Origin: Candidatus Hermodarchaeota archaeon
Lineage (GTDB): Archaea; Asgardarchaeota; Lokiarchaeia; Sigyniarchaeales; SOKP01
Direction: 5' to 3'
DNA length: 64,000 bases
NCBI GenBank assembly: GCA_048885535.1
Contig: JBHLLO010000002.1
Coordinates: forward strand, 31,081-95,080
Position numbers and translations under genes: made by a program. Positions 9,548 through 19,289 of this stretch are shown here, piece by piece (the first letter of the stretch is position 1; each line of letters begins with the position of its first letter). The notes below the pieces were generated by a model. The model was given only the letters and a program-made list of their open reading frames with translations. It did no database searches and was not told where the DNA came from.

Positions 9548-10180
9548 TTAACTTGATTTTGATACAGAATCTTTTATAACCATCCACAATTCATCTAATT
9601 CATTTCTCACTTCTAAAAATTGATGAATTTTTTTCAATAATACATCTCTAGCTATATCAAAGTCTCTTTGATAATCATTGAATTCTGCATCTAAAATTTT
9701 AAGTTTTTCCCCTTCAATTAGTTTATTTTTCATTTTTTCAACATTTAGAGCCTTTTTAATGACTGCATTTCTTTTATTGGCTACTTCATTTAACGCATCT
9801 GCAAATTCTATTTTTTTCTCAATAAAATATTCTTTCTTCAAAGCAAGGTTTTTAATTGCATCTATGTATTTATTATTCACTGCTATATATCCATCATTTT
9901 TACGAATGATATCTAAATATAAATTTATCTCTTCTTCTTGAATATTTGATTTTTTCTCTCTTACTAAAGTTTGCATTTGTTTAATTACGTCTCTAAAAGT
10001 CCGATTTAACATTTCTCTTCCTAAATTTGCTTTAGTAAGATTTTCTGCATATTTTTTTTGAGCATTGATAAGATCATATTGAGCTTTTGCCAGTTTTCTT
10101 ATTTGATTGACTAACTCTTTCTCTGTTCCTGCTAATTCAAGCTCATCCTCATGCGTAATAATAGGGCTCATTTTTATCAA
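9548..10180 (-). CDS. All-helical protein, BAR-domain-like
   Basis: ~210 aa with long amphipathic helices and no Pro after residue 6; basic tip KRNAVIKKALNVEKMKNK followed by EKLKILDAEF resembles SNX-BAR helices 2-3. Start may be the ATG at 10171. Confidence 0.6.
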   Translation of the reverse strand: MIKMSPIITHEDELELAGTEKELVNQIRKLAKAQYDLINAQKKYAENLTKANLGREMLNRTFRDVIKQMQTLVREKKSNIQEEEINLYLDIIRKNDGYIAVNNKYIDAIKNLALKKEYFIEKKIEFADALNEVANKRNAVIKKALNVEKMKNKLIEGEKLKILDAEFNDYQRDFDIARDVLLKKIHQFLEVRNELDELWMVIKDSVSKSS

Positions 10181-10270
10181 TTTTTATTAAAGATTAATTA
10201 TATTAATTTTTAGTATGTTTTTTATGCCAATACTTAGTTATATATTTTAGTTTTTTAAATTTATTCATAA

Positions 10271-11305
10271 TTATAACGGAAATAACGCTGTTAAGATATT
10301 GTCTCTATAGTTTGCCTTTATAACTTTAGCCTTGATTTTTTTGTTTAAAATTTCATCAGAATAAAGGAAAGGTTTTTTTAATAAGACCTTTATACCAAAA
10401 TTTCTACTAATTTTTCCAATACACTCATAATTCCAACGCCCTATTGATACTATCTCCAATTCTATTATATCATGTTTTTTTAAATTAATGTTTGAAACAG
10501 GAAGGCGTTTATGAATCCCAAAATCTAAAGGTCCGAGTTTTAATTTGATATTGTATTTTTTTTCTAACTCAGTTAAATGTTTATAGAAATAAGTCCATGA
10601 TTTTGGACGAATTTTTTTTAACTTTCTTCCTGTTTTATATATTAAGTATTTCTGAATGCCAATTTGGACCTTTTCTTTAGAGTATCCTTCATTCCTTAAT
10701 TGAATGACAAATTTAATTATATCCTCAATATCTTTATCATTTTGGTTTGGAAACCATACAGGTGCAATTAATACATTAATATTGGAGTCTAACAAGTAAT
10801 AGATGTTCTGGATAAGAGCCTCAAGATTGTATTGCCTACAATCGCATAAATAATTTGCTTTGCTTTCATTTAGTGTATTTAAACTAATATTTATACGTGT
10901 AAGATTTAAGAGATTCAACTTTTTAATAATTTGTTTTGATAGTAGCAACCCATTACTTTGCATTGAGATAATTTTTACTCCCTCAATTTCCCAAAGTTGG
11001 CTTAGTAACCTATACAATTCGGAGTATAAAAGGATTTCACCATAGGGAGCAATATGAATTTCTATATTAAAATTTCCTTTAATAGTGACAGCTTTTCTTA
11101 CTTCTTTAGCCAAATAATTGGAATTTACTATAAAATTAGTATTATAATCACCTGCATTTACAAAACAATATTTACATTTCAAGTTACATAAAGTTAAAGG
11201 TTTTATTTCAATTACATTAGTACTACGATCTATTAAACCAATAAAATCAACCCCCATTAGGGGTATTTCTGATTTTTCATCAATATATATTGTATTAGTA
11301 GTCAT
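10271..11305 (-). CDS. Radical SAM protein (archaeal family, C-terminal TRAM-like region)
   Basis: CNLKCKYC motif; GLIDRSTNVIEIKP N-terminus; SMQSNG. Confidence 0.88.
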   Translation of the reverse strand: MTTNTIYIDEKSEIPLMGVDFIGLIDRSTNVIEIKPLTLCNLKCKYCFVNAGDYNTNFIVNSNYLAKEVRKAVTIKGNFNIEIHIAPYGEILLYSELYRLLSQLWEIEGVKIISMQSNGLLLSKQIIKKLNLLNLTRINISLNTLNESKANYLCDCRQYNLEALIQNIYYLLDSNINVLIAPVWFPNQNDKDIEDIIKFVIQLRNEGYSKEKVQIGIQKYLIYKTGRKLKKIRPKSWTYFYKHLTELEKKYNIKLKLGPLDFGIHKRLPVSNINLKKHDIIELEIVSIGRWNYECIGKISRNFGIKVLLKKPFLYSDEILNKKIKAKVIKANYRDNILTALFPL

Positions 11306-11336
11306 ATGAGTTTTAGGTTAATACTTTTTCATTTCT

Positions 11337-12410
11337 CTAAGGTTTATACCTCAAAATAGCTACTATATCACCTAAAGCAATAATTTGTTGACCAGTAGGT
11401 TGTTCACTACTCAAAATGTAATATTTCCCATCAGATTTTTCTATATCAGTTAAAATCTCTTCAATTTCAAGTTTTTTCTCTTTTGAGATACCACGTATTA
11501 AAATATCTGTAATAAATAATTCTTCTATCACTCCACTTTTGGATAAATTAGAGATCTCTTTCACTCCAATAGCAATTAAGTCTGGATCAGTTGCTAAAAT
11601 TGCAAAAATTTTCTCTATCTTATCTGTTTCTTGAAAAATTTTTACCTTTTCTTTTAAATTCTTTAATTGGGGAGATTTTAAGGTTTCAAATATTGCACTC
11701 TCAGTACCTGAGCTTGCATGAATAATATTAATTTTAGATAGATAATCCGGTTGTTTCTTGTCTTTAAGGTATTTTAGAAATTTGTCTTTAATATTTCCAG
11801 GACCACACAAGATAATTAGATTTATATTTATGTTTTTGACGTTTTCATCCAATACTTTATTAATATCACCAAAAAATTCTTCATATGCTTTATTTCGATG
11901 GATTTGTTCATATCTTTTTCCGGGAATTGTTTTTTTAATAGTGGCTATTCTTGTATGACTAAAGTTAGTGATAAGTGCAGCATTTGCTAATCCGCTTTCA
12001 ATTGCAATTATAAGTAGTACAAAATTAACATCAAATTTTGAAAATTCCGTTAATCTTTTTATCTCACTCCTTAACCACATCTCCTTTATAATACTTAATT
12101 CGTTACCCACTTCGATATTAAATGTATGATAAGTTCCGAAACTCACAAAATCTTCAGGACCTTCACTAATTGTACCTTTAACTCTTAATCTATTTGAAAA
12201 TTCATGGAATGAAACAGATTCTACCTTTAATTTTATCCACATTTTTTTTCGTTCTCCTTTTGTACCTTCCCTTAATACTACTCTTCTAGAAGTTCGCGTA
12301 GAAACATAATCATTCTTAGAAATAACATTATAAAGTGTCCATAAATCATTTAATGTTTCAATTTTAACAATGACTTCTTGATTTTTATTATCTATTTCAA
12401 GAATCTTCAA
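11337..12410 (-). CDS. pelota: mRNA surveillance / ribosome rescue protein pelota
   Basis: NDLWTLYNVI, FHEFSNRLRVKG, GTYHT, IPGKR and C-terminal AILRY; TTG start. Confidence 0.95.
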   Translation of the reverse strand: MKILEIDNKNQEVIVKIETLNDLWTLYNVISKNDYVSTRTSRRVVLREGTKGERKKMWIKLKVESVSFHEFSNRLRVKGTISEGPEDFVSFGTYHTFNIEVGNELSIIKEMWLRSEIKRLTEFSKFDVNFVLLIIAIESGLANAALITNFSHTRIATIKKTIPGKRYEQIHRNKAYEEFFGDINKVLDENVKNININLIILCGPGNIKDKFLKYLKDKKQPDYLSKINIIHASSGTESAIFETLKSPQLKNLKEKVKIFQETDKIEKIFAILATDPDLIAIGVKEISNLSKSGVIEELFITDILIRGISKEKKLEIEEILTDIEKSDGKYYILSSEQPTGQQIIALGDIVAILRYKP

Positions 12411-12542
12411 ATATCAAATCAACTTTCTTAAACTGGTTATTCCTAATTTAGTTAAAGAATAGATATTAGAAAAGCTTACTTTTTTAGAAGGTATAAACAG
12501 TAAATAAATAAAAAAAGGAAAATGAAACAAAAATACAAAGAT

Positions 12543-12695
12543 TTATTCTTTTTCTCCTAAGGCTTCCCTAATTTTTTCAAGTTCTTCCATTCTTTTCTTC
12601 TTTTCTTCTTCCCTTTTTCTCAGTTCTTCCACACTAACCTTTTGGAGAGTGACTCCCTTCTTAATCTCATCTTGTAACTCTTTATCAATTGGCAT
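12543..12695 (-). CDS. 50-aa microprotein with WH2/actobindin-like motif followed by a charged helix
   Basis: Manual translation MPIDKELQDEIKKGVTLQKVSVEELRKREEEKKKRMEELEKIREALGEKE*; SD-like AAAGGAG ~10 nt upstream; fills an otherwise empty 400-bp gap; below the ORF-track size cut-off. Confidence 0.8.
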   Translation of the reverse strand: MPIDKELQDEIKKGVTLQKVSVEELRKREEEKKKRMEELEKIREALGEKE

Positions 12696-12773
12696 TATAC
12701 CACAACTCCTTTACAATCAATAATTCTTGAGAAGAAATTATAATCTTAATTTACAGATATTATAACAATTTTT

Positions 12774-12784
12774 ATTTATAAGTT
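12774..12784 (-). promoter_or_regulatory. Putative TATA box for the 50-aa microprotein gene
   Basis: Minus strand reads ACTTATAAATA, preceded by an A-rich BRE-like stretch, ~80 bp upstream of the ATG. Confidence 0.35.
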
Positions 12785-12819
12785 TAAGTTTATAGAAAAA
12801 CATTAAAACTAAAAGAAAA

Positions 12820-13272
12820 TTAAAGAGTTATTTCCATTAAATAAGCACTTTCTCGATTACTATAATAATTTTCAATTTCTTGAACTATTTGGAAATTAAA
12901 TTTTTGATAAAGTCTTATTGCAATCCAATTTTTTTTATTAACAGTTAATATAATTTTCTTTATTTCTTGATATGCTTTGATTAGTTCTAATGCTGCTTGA
13001 AATAAGTATGAACCATAACCCTTATTTTGATAGGTTTTTTTTATTAAAAAGTTTATTATATTAACTCTATCTCTTCCGTCTCGAATAGCAATTATATAAC
13101 CAATGATATTAGAGCTGTTTTTGCTCAATAGCTTTAAAAATAAAGAATTTCGTAAAATCAATTTTGTCATAGTTTGTTTTGAAAATGAATCTTGTTTGAA
13201 TATCTGGTACTCCATTTTCATAATTTCCTTTAAATCATCTAAAACGACTCTCTTTATCTCCAAATTATTCAA
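12820..13272 (-). CDS. GNAT N-acetyltransferase, RimI/Ard1-like
   Basis: YQNKGYGSYL, LTVNKKNWIAIRLYQKFNF, YYSNRESAYLM. Confidence 0.9.
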   Translation of the reverse strand: MNNLEIKRVVLDDLKEIMKMEYQIFKQDSFSKQTMTKLILRNSLFLKLLSKNSSNIIGYIIAIRDGRDRVNIINFLIKKTYQNKGYGSYLFQAALELIKAYQEIKKIILTVNKKNWIAIRLYQKFNFQIVQEIENYYSNRESAYLMEITL

Positions 13273-14404
13273 TCTCTTCTTTAAATTCTTTTATTGGAGT
13301 CTTTTCAGTTATTTGCATGTACTTTTCATCTCTAAACGGGGTAATTTCTACAATAAATCCTTGTAATTTATACTGATCTAATAATTCTATGAATCTCTCT
13401 TCTAAAGCAAATGCTACTGGTATTTTCATCTTTTGTTTATCATAAAAGACATATTTCTGAGGTATTCTTATTTTATTCAATAACAATTCATTAAGTTTAA
13501 ATAAAGATTGCTCACTTCCTTCAATCTGAGCAAATAATAGTAATCCATCATTATTAATAGATTCAAATGGTTTTTTGATTGATTTTGCGCGACGTAAATA
13601 TCGTTCTTTTAGTTGCCAATAATCTTTTGCGCTTATAGAACAAAAATGGATTTTCATAGAAACTTCAGGGTAAATTTTTTTTAGTAATTTAAGAGCCGTC
13701 TTTTTGCTGTTCTCTACAGCTGCAATTGAATTTTTTTTTAGTCTGAAACCTTTTTCTCTTAAATATTGACTATTGGTAAATGAAAATTCAAATTCGTTTA
13801 AATTTATAAATTGGACCCCTATTTTATCTAGAAATAATATTAATTCTTGGAGTTGCTCCATGTATTCTTTAGTTGGAATTACTGGTACCTCAACTCCAAC
13901 AGTCATTCCTTTTTTTAATGCTAATGAGATTACTTTCCATCTATCTTTAGGAGGATTAAATCTTATTTCATTTAGCCCTGCTTCAGCTAATTGATTAGCT
14001 AGTTCTTCACTGAAGTTCAACCCATTTGTATATAAATGTATATGAAACCTCTTCCCTTTTTTTCTCTTAACATATTTTATAATATCTATTGTTTTTTGAA
14101 AATTGGTATCAGAGAGGGGTTCCCCACCCGTAATACTCATTCCTTTTGCTTTGGTTTTATTAATTTCGTGAATTATTTCTTCGTGGGAATTAATTTTAAT
14201 TTCGTTTGCGAAGCTAAAATCTTTTCCTTTTCTTTCAAAAGAAATTGGGCAGTACCAATAACAATGTTTGGGATTTTGGCATATTCCGTTTAGGAACAAG
14301 ACAGTTTTCTCTCCGTTTAGGCATAACTGGCATCCTTTTGGAATCCCTCTACCTTTAATATAGTATGTTAGTGCTTTTGATTGTATTATTCTTACATTTT
14401 TCAT
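13265..14404 (-). CDS. Radical SAM protein (archaeal COG2108-like)
   Basis: PKGCQLCLNGEK, CQNPKHCYWYCP, ITGGEP, HIHLYTNG, FINLNEFE. Confidence 0.88.
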   Translation of the reverse strand: MKNVRIIQSKALTYYIKGRGIPKGCQLCLNGEKTVLFLNGICQNPKHCYWYCPISFERKGKDFSFANEIKINSHEEIIHEINKTKAKGMSITGGEPLSDTNFQKTIDIIKYVKRKKGKRFHIHLYTNGLNFSEELANQLAEAGLNEIRFNPPKDRWKVISLALKKGMTVGVEVPVIPTKEYMEQLQELILFLDKIGVQFINLNEFEFSFTNSQYLREKGFRLKKNSIAAVENSKKTALKLLKKIYPEVSMKIHFCSISAKDYWQLKERYLRRAKSIKKPFESINNDGLLLFAQIEGSEQSLFKLNELLLNKIRIPQKYVFYDKQKMKIPVAFALEERFIELLDQYKLQGFIVEITPFRDEKYMQITEKTPIKEFKEEIE

Positions 14405-15108
14405 TTTTTATAGAGCTTTTTTCTTACTATAGATTTTTTATTTGAAAGTTTCTTCAATACTTCTTCTGTGCTTTCTTGAATATCAATTACTTTCTTTAAA
14501 AATACTCCTGTTCTTCCGTATTTTTCTCTTTTCAATAAAACTTTTACTCTTTCTTTTACGGTATTCAAACTTATTTTTAATTCTTTTGCTACTAAATGTT
14601 CATTTCCAATAATAGAGTACTCATCATGCCCTTTATAATTAGGTTTAATCATTACTAATCGTTTATCAACTCCAGGTACTCTGAGGTGAGCCTTTAATTG
14701 ATTAAGACTTACTTTTCCTCCAAAGTCATAGAATTCTATCGAATTCATATCCAGTTTAGAAAGGGGAACTGTTATACTTTCCATTTCATTCAAATATATG
14801 TATAATTTTAGAGAATCATTTGGAGTTGCCATAATTATTTCTCGAAAATAATTATTAAATCCATTTTTATTAAGGATATATTCAATCTGATAGGATGAGG
14901 TTGATTGAAGAAAAATTATATCTAAATCGCTCTCTTCATGAACATCCCCACGCGCAATACTTCCGTAGATGTATGGATTAAATCCTGCTTTTACAAAAAT
15001 ATTTAATAGTTCTATTGCTCTCTTTCTTTTTAATTTAATAAGTTCCCATTGATTTTTGGAGTATGTATGCGATTGATAATGCTCTCTTAATATTTTTTCC
15101 CTTTTCAT
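14401..15108 (-). CDS. Pol-beta-like nucleotidyltransferase (archaeal conserved)
   Basis: YGSIARGDVHEESDLDI; RVPGVDKRL; GRTGVFL. Confidence 0.9.
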   Translation of the reverse strand: MKREKILREHYQSHTYSKNQWELIKLKRKRAIELLNIFVKAGFNPYIYGSIARGDVHEESDLDIIFLQSTSSYQIEYILNKNGFNNYFREIIMATPNDSLKLYIYLNEMESITVPLSKLDMNSIEFYDFGGKVSLNQLKAHLRVPGVDKRLVMIKPNYKGHDEYSIIGNEHLVAKELKISLNTVKERVKVLLKREKYGRTGVFLKKVIDIQESTEEVLKKLSNKKSIVRKKLYKK

Positions 15109-15132
15109 AGATTTAGCTTCTTATAATAGAAT

Positions 15133-15942
15133 TTATTTATTTTCTATGACGTTAATTATAGATCTGAAGAGTATAGTCTCATAATACTTGAATGTATTAG
15201 ATGCTTTTTTAAAAAGGTAAAATCCACTTGCAATTTCTCCAAATGATTTAAAATCATGAATAAATTGTTTTAAAGAAATTTTTTTTAGAAATCGATTAAT
15301 CTTTCCGCTAAAAATTACAAATAATCTGGATCTTAAATCTTTTGATTTAAAGATATTGATTAAAAGCGTTTTATTTAGCTTATTTAGTTTAGGATTGATT
15401 AAGATTAATTTATCATTATTCATATCGTTAATAAATGCTTTATACATCAGATTTGTAGGAATAAAATTTACCAAAAAATAGTTTTTATTTATTTTAATTT
15501 TGTTTCGAGAAAAAAAAAGAAATAAGGATTGGATTAACTTCATAATTTCTTTTTGACTTTCTATCTTCTCATTTTCTTTTCTTGGCTTTTTAAGAACTTT
15601 GCAGTTCAATATAATTACGTCCACACCATAAGTGCTTATAGCTTCGGCTAGTGCATTAACTAATTTTCTGTTTTTTGAAGTTTTAATAATTATCATTAAT
15701 TTTTTATTATTTTTTTCAATACTGTCTTTTATTAATTCAAATTTTTTAATTGAAATATTTTTATACTCAGCCTTAATGGCAGATCCTTCAAAAATTATTC
15801 TGGACAATCTTTCATTAGATAATGAAGTTCTCCATCTATTCAAATATTTAAAAATTCTAACACTCAGTAATAAAAGAAGTAAAAAAGAAATTATTATAGC
15901 ATCTACTAATATCCAATCTACGCGAAATATATCAAAAGCCAT
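15133..15942 (-). CDS. Membrane-anchored hypothetical protein (possibly degenerate alpha/beta-hydrolase fold)
   Basis: N-terminal TM helix (ILVDAIIISFLLLLLLSV); no catalytic motif retained. Confidence 0.7.
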   Translation of the reverse strand: MAFDIFRVDWILVDAIIISFLLLLLLSVRIFKYLNRWRTSLSNERLSRIIFEGSAIKAEYKNISIKKFELIKDSIEKNNKKLMIIIKTSKNRKLVNALAEAISTYGVDVIILNCKVLKKPRKENEKIESQKEIMKLIQSLFLFFSRNKIKINKNYFLVNFIPTNLMYKAFINDMNNDKLILINPKLNKLNKTLLINIFKSKDLRSRLFVIFSGKINRFLKKISLKQFIHDFKSFGEIASGFYLFKKASNTFKYYETILFRSIINVIENK

Positions 15943-15965
15943 AAATATTCATTAAAGAATTTAAA

Positions 15966-16280
15966 CTATTTTATATTTTCATCTATCCAATTCAAATATT
16001 TTTCAGATCCTTTTTCAATTTCCACTCCTATGCATTCTGGTGTGTCATAGCTATGAATTTCATTAATTTTTTCAATTAATTGTTTTGAATTTCTTTCAGT
16101 CGTCTTAATCAAAAGTAAGTGTTCATTAGCGTCTTCAATTCTTCCTTTCCATCTATATATAGAAAGAATATTTTGAATTATATTTACACAAGCTGCATAT
16201 TTACTTTCTACCAAATGTTTTGCGATTTTTTTTCCTTCTTCAAGATTAGGAACAGTAACAAAAAAGATATAATAACGCAT
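15966..16280 (-). CDS. cutA: Divalent-cation tolerance protein CutA
   Basis: AACVNI, SIYRWKG, LLIKT, HSYDTPE, YLNWI. Confidence 0.95.
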   Translation of the reverse strand: MRYYIFFVTVPNLEEGKKIAKHLVESKYAACVNIIQNILSIYRWKGRIEDANEHLLLIKTTERNSKQLIEKINEIHSYDTPECIGVEIEKGSEKYLNWIDENIK

Positions 16281-16408
16281 TTTAATTAATTACTTTAATT
16301 CCATTTATCTATTACTATTATACTGATATACAAATCTTTTAAGATTTATTAAATCTTAATGTACTAAAAATTAGTGTAAAATATTAAACTAAATTTAAAA
16401 TAAAATTA

Positions 16409-16702
16409 ATGAATAGCAATTATGAAGACTGGTGGTACAATAAAATCTTTAGAGGGTATGCTAAAGCACGAAAAAATAGGTATGAAACATTATGGTTATG
16501 TAAAATGCTTAAAAAGCTTATGTTTCTATTAAATACAACTCAAGATACTACATTGGTAAAAAATAGTTTAATTATATTACTCAACCTTTTTGAAGATTTT
16601 CCTTTAGATAGATTTGAAAAGAAGGGTAGAGATACAAAATATTTATCTCAAAAAGAGAAAAATGAACTTAAAAAACTCTTAAAAGATGCTTTGATAACTT
16701 AA
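16409..16702 (+). CDS. Small hypothetical protein
   Basis: 97-aa ORF with ATG start filling an intergenic gap. Confidence 0.65.
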   Translation: MNSNYEDWWYNKIFRGYAKARKNRYETLWLCKMLKKLMFLLNTTQDTTLVKNSLIILLNLFEDFPLDRFEKKGRDTKYLSQKEKNELKKLLKDALIT

Positions 16703-16899
16703 CTCAAAATAAAGGTTAGGATAACAGGATTATCTTGGATAGAAATTGAATGTATAATTGTATCAGAAATTATAAATAATAGTATTTCTATTATAAATAA
16801 AAATAGGAATTTAATATCTAAAATTATTAATCAATTAAATTACACATTAATAATTAATGCTACATATCTATACAGAATGAACGATTAGGGTGGGATAAA

Positions 16900-17625
16900 A
16901 TAATCCATAATGTTTACTTGATTGACCAATTTACGGGAATTTGTTTAATTCATAGGAAGTATGGAACTATCGAATTTAATCAGGATTTAGTTTCGGGATT
17001 TTTAACAGCCCTTAAAGATTTTAGTGTCGAGTTTTCAAAAGGTTCTGGGGAATTAAAAGTTATTGACATGCAAATCTTTTATCTACTCTTAGTTTTTAAA
17101 GAGGGCGTATTATGTACTGCTGCGGCTGATAAAAATGATGACGCTAAAATTACTCATAAAGCATTGAGTGATATTATTGATAAATTTATTACTGTACATG
17201 GTGAAACAATTAAAAACTGGGGAGGAGATGTACGTCTTTTTAGAGAATTTGAACCAATAATAGATGAGGTTCTAGAAAGTGGAAGGATAGCAGAAATCCA
17301 AATGAAGATACCCATTCTAAAGATTTATGAAAAGGATTTCCTGAAATCTCGTAAACAAATTACAAAAAAAGGACTGATTATTACCGAAGAAGATTTACGT
17401 CAATCTCAGAATCAAAAGCCTGAGTGGACTTCGAAGAGATTACCAACTCAAGTGATAACCCAGGGTTTTTTAGATGAGGAAATGTATAAAATAGCACATT
17501 TAGCAGATGGTTTCCACACAATTTCCGATATTGCTGAGGAAAGTGGAAAACCTGAAAGTGAGATTCAAGTAATGATAGATGATTTAGACGATTTAGGTCT
17601 GTTAAAATTTATTGAAATAAAATAA
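16900..17625 (+). CDS. Longin-like domain + C-terminal winged-helix protein; probable ATA start
   Basis: IHNVYLIDQFTGICL...DLVSGFLTALKDFS is the longin-like pattern; DGFHTISDIAE...LDDLGLL is wHTH-like. In-frame ATA at 16900 follows GGGTGGGA and restores the first beta strand cut by the track's TTG at 16918. Confidence 0.8.
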   Translation: MIHNVYLIDQFTGICLIHRKYGTIEFNQDLVSGFLTALKDFSVEFSKGSGELKVIDMQIFYLLLVFKEGVLCTAAADKNDDAKITHKALSDIIDKFITVHGETIKNWGGDVRLFREFEPIIDEVLESGRIAEIQMKIPILKIYEKDFLKSRKQITKKGLIITEEDLRQSQNQKPEWTSKRLPTQVITQGFLDEEMYKIAHLADGFHTISDIAEESGKPESEIQVMIDDLDDLGLLKFIEIK

Positions 17626-17801
17626 AGTAGATCTTAGAAAATTTTTGAATTCTACTCAAAATGATTATCATTGTAATGAAGATTGCTTCTTTTTCTAATA
17701 TTCGCATTAATTCTCATTGGTTTAAGAATAATAATTGAAATTAAATTGTTATTAAAATAAATGAAAATATTTATGAAAATTCTTGTACTAATTAATGTAT
17801 T

Positions 17802-19274
17802 ATGAATGTCAATAAAATTGATGACAATATATACGAGATAGCACCAACAACGTTAATGGCACGAGTAGAAGGGAGAATTGAGAAATTTCAGATGTATGTA
17901 CCAGTACATATTTATGCTAATGAATACATTCTCGAGAAAATCAAACTAGATAAAACTCTTGATCAAATTGCGAACGTAGCTTGTTTAAAAGGGGTTGAAA
18001 AACATGTAATCGCACTTTCAGACGCTCATCAAGGATATGGATTTTGCATTGGAGGTGTCGCAGGGACAGATGCTGAAATTGGTATGATATCCCCTGGAGG
18101 TGTTGGATATGATATTAATTGTGGAGTTAGATTATTGAGAACAAACTTAATGCTTTACGAGATAAATAATACTCTACCTAGTTTATTAAATACAATTTTT
18201 AAAAATATACCTTCGGGTTTGGGTTCAAAGGGGAAATTAAATATTAACTTTTCAGATCTAGATAATGTATTAAATACAGGAATGAATTGGACGTTAGAGA
18301 ATAACTATGCTATTGAAGAAGATCTCAAACATTGTGAAGAGAATGGTTGTTTGAAAGATGCGGATGCCAGTCTAGTTTCTCAAAAAGCTAAAGAAAGAGG
18401 TTTTAAGCAACTTGGATCCCTCGGAAGTGGTAATCACTTTCTTGAGATTCAGAAGGTTGATGAGATATATAATGAATCAATTGCAAAAAAGTTAGGAATA
18501 TATGAAATTAATCAAATAACAATTATGGTTCATACAGGATCTAGGGCTCTTGGGCATCAAGTGTGTACAGATTCTTTGCGGAACGTAGAACGTGCTATGA
18601 AAAAATACAAGGTTAGAGTTCCAGATCGGGAATTAGCTTGTGTTCCTGCAAATACTCCTGAAGCTCAGAATTACCTTAGCCAAATGGCTTGTGCAGCCAA
18701 TTTTGGATTTGCTAATCGTCAATTGATAACTCATTGGTTAAGAGAGTCTTTCCAACGACATTTTAATAAAAGTTTTAATGATTTAGATTTGCATTTGATA
18801 TATGGAGTTTGCCATAATATTCTAAAAGTTGAGGAACATGAAATAAATGGGAAAAAGGTGAAATTAAATGTACATCGTAAAGGCGCTACTAGAGCATTTC
18901 CACCGGGACATCCAGTACTTCCTCAAGAATACAAAGAGATTGGACAACCGGTATTAATTCCCGGTACAATGGGGAGCGCATCATATCTATGTGTTGGAAA
19001 GCCCAAATCGATGGAACTTTCATTTGGATCTACAGCTCATGGATCAGGAAGGGTTATGTCGAGATCTAAAGCAATAGCAAAATATAGGGGCTCGAATGTT
19101 AGAGAAGATCTAAGTAATAGAGGGATTTTAGTTAAAGCCGCATCAATGAAAGTCATTGCTGAAGAAGCTCCTGGAGCTTATAAAGATATTGATCAAGTTG
19201 TTCAAGTAAGCCATGATTTAGAAATTGTAGAAAAAGTTGTTAGATTAGTTCCTATAGGCGTTGTTAAGGGTTAA
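17802..19274 (+). CDS. rtcB: tRNA-splicing ligase RtcB
   Basis: DAHQGYGF, VGYDINCGVR, GSGNHFLE, HTGSR, HRKGATRA, HGSGR, EEAPGAYKD. Confidence 0.97.
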   Translation: MNVNKIDDNIYEIAPTTLMARVEGRIEKFQMYVPVHIYANEYILEKIKLDKTLDQIANVACLKGVEKHVIALSDAHQGYGFCIGGVAGTDAEIGMISPGGVGYDINCGVRLLRTNLMLYEINNTLPSLLNTIFKNIPSGLGSKGKLNINFSDLDNVLNTGMNWTLENNYAIEEDLKHCEENGCLKDADASLVSQKAKERGFKQLGSLGSGNHFLEIQKVDEIYNESIAKKLGIYEINQITIMVHTGSRALGHQVCTDSLRNVERAMKKYKVRVPDRELACVPANTPEAQNYLSQMACAANFGFANRQLITHWLRESFQRHFNKSFNDLDLHLIYGVCHNILKVEEHEINGKKVKLNVHRKGATRAFPPGHPVLPQEYKEIGQPVLIPGTMGSASYLCVGKPKSMELSFGSTAHGSGRVMSRSKAIAKYRGSNVREDLSNRGILVKAASMKVIAEEAPGAYKDIDQVVQVSHDLEIVEKVVRLVPIGVVKG

Positions 19275-19289
19275 TTCACATTATAGGTT

